A DNA stretch of 63,896 nucleotides, filler included, from Octopus bimaculoides (lineage: Eukaryota), in NCBI RefSeq assembly GCF_001194135.2. It is 5 parts of 5 records of this genome, joined end to end, with 100 filler letters (N's around TTAATTAATTAA, not from the genome) between each part and the next. Parts side by side here need not be neighbours in the genome. Positions count along the whole stretch, not along the records: positions 17,285 to 43,841 come from NC_068984.1; positions 43,942 to 60,449 come from NC_068982.1; 3 more parts are not named here. One strand, given 5' to 3'. Positions 37,645 through 48,026 of the stretch are shown one piece after another (positions within the stretch are counted from its first letter, which is position 1; each line of letters begins with the position of its first letter). The translations under genes were made by a program, and so were the position numbers. A model generated the notes under the pieces. That model did no database searches, was not told the origin of the DNA, and was given only the letters and a program-made list of their open reading frames with translations.

Positions 37645-37895
37645 ATGAAAAAGAGCAGAATGACAGGAGAGAGAGGGGGAGGGAGGGAGAGAGAAAAAGT
37701 GAGGGAGAGAGAGAAAGGGAGAGATAGAGAGAAAAGGGGAAGGAGAGAGAGAGAAAAAGGGAGGGAGGTAGAGAAAAGGGAGTGGAGAGAGAAAAAGGGG
37801 AGGGAAAGAGAGACAAAGGGAGGGATATAGAGAAGAAAGGGGCGAGAATGAGAGAGAAAGGAAGGGAGTGAGAACGAAAGAGAGATAGAGAGAGG
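37645..37895. repeat. GA-rich polypurine low-complexity tract
   Basis: Read directly from the sequence. Confidence 0.9.
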
Positions 37896-40397
37896 GAAAG
37901 ACTGACGGAACAGTTTAGTTCTTATACTCAAAGAACTGGACATTCTACATTCATAGTTATGACTTTTTGCGAAGAAGTGTATCTTATTCCAATTTCATTA
38001 ATTATTCTTTCTGTCTATGAATTATATCGTATTTTTGTAAATCTAAATCCTACGTTAAATTCCATTGTTGAAGCCAAACAGTGCAGAACGCTATAAAAAT
38101 TGGTCGCATTTGTTTGCTTCCTGAATTGTTCCCAACCATTTGATGTGTCCATTAGCTCAGAAAGATCCCTCCCTTTGCTCCCTTCTGTGACAAAAGGTCA
38201 AAATAGGCCACCAGTCATTAGGGAAAAGGGAAAAGCTTAGCTGACAGATTGATGGAAACAGACGTGGATATTCCTATGAAAAACAAGGAAACATACGACC
38301 GATGAATATATAATTTTATTGTCATTTTATCCGAAAGGGGGAACATTTGTAAATTAATTTTGTGAATTGTGCCGATTTTGACTGTTCTTGTATTACTTTC
38401 TTCTTACCTGTGGCTGATCTCCACAAATTATTTTGGTTGTTAGCGTAAGTTTCACTACCACATTACATATACAACCAAGACATTCTACTCTGGCAGATGG
38501 ATGAAATTGAGAGAGAGGAATAGAAAATATAAACACTTCTCAGATGGTCGCATTTTGCCATTCAAAACTTTTGCATAGCTAATTATTTTACTAAAAGACA
38601 ACAAACCACCAGATAAAATATACATATATATAGATAAATAAAAAGAGCTATGACATATTCATACCACGAGCTTGCAATTGTTGTTTGTTGATGTTTTGAA
38701 TAAGAAATGTTTCCAGAACATTTCTTATTCAAAAATATTGATAAAGTAAATCAGGAGAACTAGGAGAACGAAAAATTTAATTCAATAATATTTGCATTCG
38801 TTATATATATATATAAACATACATAATAATAAATACTGATATATATTTGTACATATATACATACATATGTATATATATTAATATATGAATACGTGTGTGT
38901 GTGTGTGTGTGTGTGTGCGTGTGTGTGTATGCGTGTATGAATATATATATTCATGCACACTTACAGAACGCACATATACATATATGCATAAACAAACCCT
39001 CACACACCTGTCCGCACACATCCACTCCCGTATACGTATGTGTGTGTGCGCGCGAGCGAGTGTGCGTGTGCATGGTAGTATCTGGGGGTAAATTTTGTAA
39101 TTATATTCTCATTTATATATAATCTATTATCATTCAGATCATTTATGTATAACTATATNNNNNNNNNNNNNNNNNNNNNNNNNNNNNNNNNNNNNNNNNN
39201 NNNNNNNNNNNNNNNNNNNNNNNNNNNNNNNNNNNNNNNNNNNNNNNNNNNNNNNNNNNNNNNNNNNNNNNNNNNNNNNNNNNNNNNNNNNNNNNNNNTA
39301 TATATATATATATATTTACACACACACATATATGCTTATATATATATATATATATATATATGATCTCAATTTTTTCGGTATAATTGTTTTCTGTTATCAT
39401 TTAATTAACATCAACTGATCTTTTAAATTAGTTTACCTTTTTCTATGCTTTTAGACTATATACAATCATTGTATTCTGTTAAAGAAAATTGTCTACCATG
39501 CTACAAAAATTCACGTCTTTATTTACATCTAATTATTTTTCTCTTACACAAATACAATAAAAATATATTTAATGTCTTTGTTATCGATTGTCTTTTCAGA
39601 AATCATATTCATCGGCAGCTACGAAAATGAAATCACGTTACTCTTCTCACTCTCTTTTTTGTTTAAATTTTTTTCAGGATATCGAAAATTCTGAGGCTGG
39701 TTCTTTAGCTCAATTCTAAAGGTCGTATTTATCTTGGGTAATATATTTTGTCTATAATTATAATTTAATTATAATTGTTGTATGAGACTAAAGAGGATAT
39801 AGCTAGTATAGTATAAATATCTATTCTGAATTATATAGTTAAAAGATCGGCTTAAGTTTAACACTATATGATATATCAGAAATTCTCGAAAGATTTCAAA
39901 ATGATTAATCATAAGTCAAAGAGAGAGAGAGTGTTCAACCTACTAAAATTAGCAGTGAAGTTTGTTTGAAATAAAACCCAACGGTCTTAGAAAACAGTAA
40001 GGACATTATATGATACTTCCTGAATCCTTATGCACTATCCACTATACCTGAAAATGCGAGGTGGTGAAAGTTGGAATGCTGTTGGTCGAATAGATTGCTT
40101 TTAGCCGTTCGATCTTCGAGTCTTAGGTCAGATTTGAACTTAACAAGAGCAGCAGCAGTAGCCAGAACAACGGCAACAACAACAACAACAACAACAACCA
40201 TATGTTTGATTCGGTAGATAAGCTAATGAGCAATATTATCTTGTTCTTGGAGGAAATGGAGAAAGCAGTTGTGTAACTATTTAATGAGCAGACTTTTATG
40301 AAACTGTTTTAGCTACAGTAACTTATTCCACAACCTGCAAAATCTCAAGACTGGAAAAATGGGAACGATGTAGTTATTCATATCTTTTAGTTTGTTA

Positions 40398-40457
40398 AGG
40401 CGGCGAGCTGGCAGAAACGTCAGCACGCCGGGCGAACTGCTTAGCGGTATCCCGTCT
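40398..40457 (+). mobile_element. SINE family B 5' part (its 3' part resumes at 41563-41670)
   Basis: Reads GGCGGCGAGCTGGCAGAAACGTCAGCACGCCGGGCGAACTGCTTAGCGGTAT, then unrelated sequence. gataaattaagtaccagttg resumes at 41563. Confidence 0.9.
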
Positions 40458-41562
40458 CTGTGAGTTGTACGAGCTTGTTTGTTTGACTAGATTTGTGCTG
40501 CGTTTGCAGCGGTTTTTGAGTTGTTGTGCTGTCTCTCGGTAGTACTGAGGTGGAAGACGAGTAGGTGGAAGACGAGTATATTCGGACCTGAGCGAGACAG
40601 TTGTCCTCTACGGAGGAGGAACTGGTTAAGGCAGCAAAGATGTTGGACACATGTTTGAAAGAGAAAAGTTTTGCATAGGTAACCGAGATGAGAAGGAAGA
40701 AAATAAACCTGGAAAATATGGAAAGAGACAGTAGAATGGCTGCAAAGGTGGGGAACAACGTGAGGTTGTCCCTACCGCAGACAAGGATGGAGGAAATACA
40801 AAAGAAGATGGTAACTTATAAAGTTTACTCAGTTGAGAAAAAGAGAATCGACCACATGGAGGAGAGAGAGATAGACAAAGCGCTGAAGACAGTCTGGCCA
40901 GATATTACTTACTTGGCCAGAGGAAGAAAGTTCGGGACGATTGTCGTCCATTATAAGACAGAGGAAAGAGCGATAGCCCACGCTGCCAAAGTGTTAAAAA
41001 CGGAAAAGGTAGTCCTCTTGCCGTCTTACATGGGCAAGAAGATTGCCAAAATCAAAATGGAAGGGATTCCCCCTGAAATCAATGTGGGTGGAGGGCAGGA
41101 TTCCTCGCTGTTTTAAATGTGGCCCGAAAGGCCACATAAGGGCGAATTACCCTCCACCACCCAAAACGGTAGAAGAGCGACAGCCACCACCACAGGAGAG
41201 GATACAAGAAGTAGAAGCAGAAAAAGAAACTCCAGTATTAGAAGATAGGGAATGGGAAATAGCCGGGAAAAGAAAAAAAGAAAAAGAATGTAAGTAAATA
41301 CTTATGAACCCCAACCCACCCAGTGTCCACCCTCTCCCTTTTCACCACACCCTCCCCATACTGACACCAAACCTACCCATTCCCCTCCAAAAACGAAACA
41401 GAAAAGAAATGCAAGCACACATGATGTAGATATGGTTCTCCCTCCTCCTGTTTGTCTTGCTTGAGTTCTGTATGCGGACGCGGAGGATGACATTGAAAAC
41501 CGGGTGGGCGAGTGGAAGGATGCGGTTGAAGTGGAATTCTGGGGTGAAGATGGTGAGACTAT
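40458..41562 (+). mobile_element. LINE 5' UTR and ORF1 (gag-like, CCHC knuckle), L1/Tx1-like, internally deleted, no ORF2
   Basis: ORF 40688-41116 has an RRM-like stretch. A frameshift at a deletion leads to VEGRIPRCFKCGPKGHIRANYP (CCHC knuckle, last Cys mutated), a Pro/Glu-rich linker and WEIAGKRKK. Confidence 0.78.
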
Positions 41563-41679
41563 GATAAATTAAGTACCAGTTGCGTACTGGTGTCGATCTA
41601 ATCGACTGGCCCCTTCCCCAAAAAGTTTGGGCTTTGTGCCTAGAATAGAAAAGATTATTATTATTAATATTATTATTAT

Positions 41680-42098
41680 GGTGGCGAGCTGGCAGAATCG
41701 TTAGTACTCTGGACGAAATGCTTAGCGGTATTTCGGCCGTCGATAAGTTCTGAGTTCAAATTCCACCGAGGCCGACTTTGCCTTTCATCGTTTCTGGGTC
41801 CATAAATTAAGTACCAGTTATGCACTGGGTCAATGTAATCGATTATTCTCCCTCCCCTATAGTAGAAGCGATTATTATTAAGGCGGCAAGCTGGTAGAAT
41901 CATTAGCACTCTAGACGAAATACTAGCGGTATTTCGCCATTCGTTACGTTTTGAGTTCAAATTCTACCGAGGTCGACTTTGCCTTTTATTCTTTTGGGGT
42001 TGTTGAATTAGGTACTTGTGAAACACTGGGATCGATGTAATCGACTAGTTTCCTCCCACCAAATTTCAGGCTTTGTGCCTATAGTAGAAAGGATTCTT
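41680..42098 (+). mobile_element. Two tandem SINE family B copies (41680-41878 and 41881-42098) separated by (ATT)n tails
   Basis: Each starts GG(T/C)GGC(G/A)AGCTGG and carries gagttcaaattc and gactttgcc. Confidence 0.9.
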
Positions 42099-43070
42099 AT
42101 TATTGTTGTTGCTGTTGCTGTTGTTGTTGTTGCTGTTGTTACTGTTGTTGTTTGGTTTTTGAACGAAGGAATGCCTTCAGATTTATCTTATAAGGCCATA
42201 GAGTATTGTGCCATTTATGCGTCGAACACGAGTATAAGCAGTATATTTGAAGTTGATTTTCTCTAACTTTTGTGTATTCTACTCAACGGGAACTTCCCCG
42301 CCTAAACATTTCTGATAAATATTAATCGGAAATCGAAATTGAATCGCAAACTCTGCTTGCCGTAAGTTTTCCTCTTAATCAACCGATTTAGCTTTCGAAC
42401 GAGCACATGAAATAAGGCTGCAGTTAACGAGTAATTTTATGTAACACTCACCTACAATTTTAGCTCTTGGTCTCACTGTTTGTTCTGTTGTTGCATAAAA
42501 TTGGAATAATGCTATTTCTTCCTGAGTGAGTCATCGGGAAATGAGATAAATCTATTTAGTAAGAAAATCTGTTTTATCTGGGAATATCCTAATTTTATAT
42601 TCATCGCTAATGGTGTCTTGTTTGTTTATCTTCCCCATCTTTCGTTCTCTCTTATTGTGTCCGCTCATGTGATTGATAACTGATAGAACAAGCCTTTGTT
42701 CCAATCAACTATAAAATGTGTTTTTATTAGTTCGAGCAATGGCTGCCTCAGAATCATAATCTCCATGTTCTGCATTGATTCAATTTTCGCAGAAGACGTC
42801 TTTTCCCTCCCCCTTGTTTCATTCATGTTATTGTTTGTTGTTGCAGCTATAAATTAATGCGAAATCTCTGTATGTATACATCGAGATGATAACAGACGAA
42901 TATGCACAGACGAGAATTAAAGCTCATTATTTCGTGAAAATCGATTTAAGAAAACAACTCGTACAGTCGATGGTTCAAAAGCGAGATGGAAATACACTAT
43001 CCCTTGAAGTCCGAAATCAGAGCAGTTACCCATTAACGAAATAATGAATTCTGACGTTGTTATATACATG

Positions 43071-43106
<36 letters not shown>

Positions 43107-43213
43107 TGTATGTGTGTGTGTTTGTGTGCATGTGTGTATATATGTATATGTAACTATACGCACGCATATACATATTCATAAACTTACACATATATATGTA
43201 TGTATGCATGTAA

Positions 43214-43266
<53 letters not shown>

Positions 43267-43594
43267 TGTATATATGTACGTGTATACAGTTATTGGTTTA
43301 GTCATGCTTGCTGTATAGACGAATGGTTAAGGATTTTGTTTCAATTTACAAGGTCCTACTTTCGATCCCGTATTGTGGAAATTTAAATGTGTTTTTCCTT
43401 AGTAACCAAAATCTTCCTTCGAACGTAGCAGGAATAATGCAGAAGCATGTCGGAAGACTCGTACTTGTAATTCAAAATTTCATCTTTGTCACACTCTATA
43501 CCATACTGCTTCATCCGGAATATTATGTTACTAGTGTCTCCGTAGCATTTGCCCAATGACAAAAATTACATTGGAAAGGTAATTCAGTTCTTTC

Positions 43595-43840
43595 ATTCTT
43601 TTGTTCGTTTACATGTTTCAGTCATTTGACTGCAGCCATTTGACTGCAGCCATGCTGGAGCACTGCCGTCAGTCGAACAAATCTACCCCAGGACTTATTC
43701 TTTGTAAGCCTAGTACTTATTCTAGCGTTCTCTTTTGCCGAACCGCTATGTTACAGGGACGTAAACACACAAACATCGGTTGCCAAGCGATGGTGGGGGT
43801 GGACAAACGCAGACACAAAAACACAAATATATATATATAT
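43595..43840 (-). mobile_element. SINE family A, 3' portion
   Basis: Matches 51611-51830; has a 13-nt internal duplication (catttgactgcag x2). Confidence 0.88.
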
Positions 43841-43941
43841 ANNNNNNNNNNNNNNNNNNNNNNNNNNNNNNNNNNNNNNNNNNNNTTAATTAATTAANNN
43901 NNNNNNNNNNNNNNNNNNNNNNNNNNNNNNNNNNNNNNNNN

Positions 43942-43975
<34 letters not shown>

Positions 43976-44022
43976 AAAATATATATATAAAGGAGGCCAC
44001 TAGGTGGACTGCTAATGTGCTA

Positions 44023-44106
44023 GAAGAAGATCACATGTCATGTGTCTACTAAGACCGAATAATTCTCAATTCGGTCTTAGTAGACACATGACATGTGATC
44101 TTCTTC
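44023..44106. repeat. Perfect 38-bp inverted repeat with 8-nt loop
   Basis: GAAGAAGATCACATGTCATGTGTCTACTAAGACCGAAT - aattctca - exact reverse complement. Confidence 0.95.
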
Positions 44107-44114
44107 AAGGCTTA

Positions 44115-44570
44115 CTATAGCCTTGTGAGTGGATTTGGTAGACAGAAACTGAAATAAGCCTATTGTATATATTTTCTCCCCTTGTTTCTTTCTGTTTTCC
44201 TTTCTGTCGAAGGTGCGTAGGCTCGAAATGTTAAAGACTTTTTCACTTCCTGAGCATTAAACTAATACATCTGTTTGTTGCCTACACCACCTGTCTTTTT
44301 TTTTTGTGAATTCTCCCCCTATATATATGTGTGTCTGTATGTATGTATGTATTTCTGTGTTTGTCCCCCCACCATTGCTTGAGAACTGATGTTCATGTGT
44401 TTACGTCCCTGTAACTCAGCAGGTCAGCAAAAGAGACCAATAGAACTAGGCTTACAAAGAATAAGTCCTGCAGCTGATTTGTTTGATAAAAGGCAGTGCT
44501 CTAGAATAGGTGCAATCAAATGACTGAAACAAGTAAAAGTAATAAAAATAAAATAAAATAATATATATAA
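44115..44570 (+). mobile_element. SINE family A (partial head and 3' part) with a ~150-bp insert (about 44172-44320) in its internal TA tract
   Basis: The head piece gccttgtgagtggatttggtagac is followed by the insert, then tgtttgtccccccacc...ggcttacaaagaataagtcc...tgactgaaacaagtaaaag. Confidence 0.75.
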
Positions 44571-45072
44571 ATATATATATATTAGTGCATAAAGGTAAGA
44601 TCCAAGGATCAAGGTGTAGGAAGTTCGTAAGCTTTGAGCAGTCTGCAGAAAGTATAAAAAATAACTTTCAAGAACAATAGTGGTTTATTGGAGTGGAAGG
44701 TCATGGATCTTTTCTATATCAAAGTATGGTAAGCTGAGAAGAGTGATTTTATAGTTCATGGTTAGCAACTGGGGTTGCTGTGTATGTAAATAAAAATCCA
44801 AATTTAGGGAATAGTGTAGATAAAATCCAGACTACATATGTTTGATAGCTAGCAGAATCTCAGAAGTAATAATTACCCAAAACACGGGGTACTCCACTAC
44901 TCATCAGGTCAAAGATACCTTAGTCAAATGATTGTTACATTGTCATCAGGCGGTCGTATGTTAACACGAGTTTTGAGTAATCACTACTACTGAGGTTCTG
45001 CTGGCTAGGAAATATATATAGCCTCGATTTTATATATTCCATTCCCTAACTTTGGATATATATGTATATATA

Positions 45073-45925
45073 TAAAAGATGCAATGGGTAAATTGTTGCC
45101 ATTTTATATTTTCAATTTCGTGCATCTACATTGTTTATTTTTTGATTTTGTCAACTACACAGTATAGTAGGGTCAGTAGGGCACTGTCTGTGAGAAAAAC
45201 AGCACCATGACACTATTCACTCTGCCAGAAATCTGGAAATGACATGCTGTACTGTTTGGCATTCACATCCAAAGCTCTAGTACAAATATTTCAGAGTGTT
45301 TGGGTGTCAATCTGAGGACATGTACTGAGAGTGATAAAAACCAAACATCCAGTCAACATCATGGTGTTTGGAGTGATCACTAGTGATGGCAACGTTATGC
45401 CTCCATTCATCTTCCCACACGGCCTCACACTCAACATAGAGGCCTACATCAAGTGAGTGGAGGCAGTAGTGCTGCCCTGTGTCAAAAGGGTGGCTGCTGG
45501 AAGACCCTGTGTCTGGCAACAGGACTCTGCACTATGCCACACAAGCAGGAGAAGCCAGTCATGGCTGTCAGACAATTTCGGCAACCACATCACCCCTAAC
45601 ATCTGGCTACCTAACTCCCAGGATTCCAACCCCCTTGGTTATTGTGCATGGCGTACAGTTGAGAGAAAGACCAACAAAACTCCTTGTAACACCGAAGATG
45701 AACTGAAGGCAGCATTCACTAACTTAAACAAGGAAACCGTCCAGGAGATTCTGAAGTTGTCTGGAGGCCGATTGAAGTCAATGGTGATTTTATTGAATAA
45801 ATTTACTCTTTAGTATTTCAAGATATTCTTATGTAATTTTGGTAAATATATCTGTTAAAATGAGATGTCAGTGTTATTTTCATTTTTGCATAATTTAAAC
45901 GACAGTTTATTCACTGCACCCTGTA
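45073..45925 (+). mobile_element. maT/DD37D-type Tc1-mariner transposon, internally deleted
   Basis: Has imperfect TIRs (45071-45097 and 45901-45927) with TA flanks. Translation gives KHPVNIMVFGVITSDG and WQQDSALCH...WLPNSQDSNPLGY, with 37 residues between the second Asp and the position of the third (mutated to Gly). Confidence 0.85.
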
Positions 45926-47382
45926 TAAATGTGCGTATGTATGTATGTGTATATATATATAACTTATTGATTACATGTGTTTTGCTCCATTTATTATTAT
46001 TCTTTATATCAACTCAAAATACATCACTTTAACATGGAATTTCTACCCCTTAACCAGGTATAATATCCCAGTTTCTGTGAGATTTTTGCTACCCTGGTAA
46101 CTATTAACATATTTGCATTATTGAAATTTTTTAACCAAGATAATATTAATATATACATAAATATATATATATACCCCTTTATTACCCAGAATGTATGAAA
46201 CAAGGGCGAACTAAAAGTCTGAAAACAAGTATAGATCTTTTGGGCAAACTTATGAACATGTTTAAACAAGCAAACAGTTAAATGTCTTAAACAAGGTCAG
46301 ATGAACAAAGTGCCAATAATGCCATGTGAGCTCATAATGTGAAAGCTAACAGATTTGACATCTTATCTAAGATAAGATTGCAAGTCTATATAGATTGAAA
46401 TAATTGACATAAGCATGACTAACAGAGTGGGTGTACCATTAAGTAAAATATGACACAAGAATCATTTTATTATGTTCTGAAATGGTGGAACTGTTTAGTA
46501 CAAAGTCACCATTTTATGTCATAGAGCCACTGTATATGAAGCTAATGTGTTAAATTCAATAAACTAGGATCGGAATGGTGGAAGTGATGGTAGTGGTGGA
46601 GGGGATGGTGGTGGTGGAGGGGATGGTGGTGCAGAAGAAACAAACCTGCTTTGTCATGTTATTATTTTTGTGACTTTCTAGGTGACTTATAGAAGGGATA
46701 GATGGATGGAAAGATTGTAAATTAGGAATTTAAAATATTTTATCATTGAAAATATTTCTCAAAGATAACAGAAATTGGATGACATAATATGGTAGTAAGT
46801 CTTGTCATTAGTTCTGGCCTTGGCAAGGTTGCTGGAAATAGTGAATAACATGGTGGTGGTGATGAGAATGCGGTGGTGGTGGGGTGGGGGTGGGGTGTAA
46901 GCTCGTCAACTAATCAATTTGTCTAATATAAATAACTAGTGACTCTGAAACTAAATCTTGTTATTTTAAAATTTCTGTCAATGTTATGTTTTGTGAGGAC
47001 ATATCAGAAATGGATATTTTCACTTTGTTAGATAAATAAAATAAGTATGTAATATTCATACATCACCAATTTCGTATGAGAGATAATTGGAAAGCTAGCT
47101 GGACACAGACAAGTGTAATATGAAGTTGACAGTAAGTCTCTTCTATATTCATCAGACTTTGCTTTGAAAACTGAAATTAAAGATGTATTTATCATTTGTG
47201 ACATTTCTGTCCGCACCCACTAATTGATAGCCACCACATAACTATCACTTTTGAAAGTAAAATATTTAGTTTTTTGGCCTGTAAATAAAAATTAAACAAG
47301 TGATATATTGTCAATTTGCTAAAAATTTGTTTTATATTATTTCTATATTTTTTCTACAGACTGACATGCATGTACACGCACA

Positions 47383-47434
<52 letters not shown>

Positions 47435-47540
47435 CACACAAAACACTCACATATGCAACATCAAACAGTGACATACAGATACACACAAACATGGATGTTT
47501 GACCTGCTAGAACTAGCAGCCGAATATCCCTTTAATTACA

Positions 47541-47700
47541 CAGGCATGGCTGTGTGGTAAGAAGCTTACTTCCCAACCATATGGTTCTGGGTTCAGTTCC
47601 ACTGTGTGACATCTTGGGCAAGTGTTTTCTAGTATAGCCTCAGGCTGACCAAAGCCTTGTGAGTGGATTTGGTAGATGGAAACTGAGAGAATCCTATCAC
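47541..47700 (+). mobile_element. SINE family A head, followed by (TA)n
   Basis: Reads ggcatggctgtgtggtaagaagctt...gggttcagttcc...cttgggcaagtg. Confidence 0.9.
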
Positions 47701-47725
47701 ATTATATATATATATATATATATAT

Positions 47726-48020
47726 AAAGTTTTAAATTTAAAAGAGAGTTTTGACGCTAATATCCATTATTATTGAAATTTATTCCTATGTCAACATTTC
47801 TGTATAAGGCTATATTTGACTGTCAAATTTAAGTCAAACATAATTTATAGGAATAAATTTCAATAATAATGGATATTAGTGCCAAAACTCTCTTTTAAAT
47901 TTAAAACTTTGGATATATAACCAAGGAGAACGATCCTTAAGGAGTCTACTTTAGACTTTTTGCGGTGAAATCTCTTGCTATAATTGGTAACGATTACATG
48001 TTTTTCTATGAACAAATATA
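47726..48020 (+). mobile_element. Fold-back element F (64-bp inverted arms plus tail), TA-flanked
   Basis: 47726-47789 is the reverse complement of 47847-47910, and there is (TA)n on both sides. Confidence 0.8.
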
Positions 48021-48026
48021 TATATA

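Noticed and set aside
39430-39745. Splice-like signals on both strands (39-nt minus, about 60-nt plus)
   Set aside because: There are stops in all frames, and such signals are expected by chance in AT-rich DNA.
41560-42098. Regularly spaced repeats resembling a CRISPR-like array
   Set aside because: The units are ~200-bp SINE copies with simple-repeat tails in a eukaryotic context, with no cas genes.
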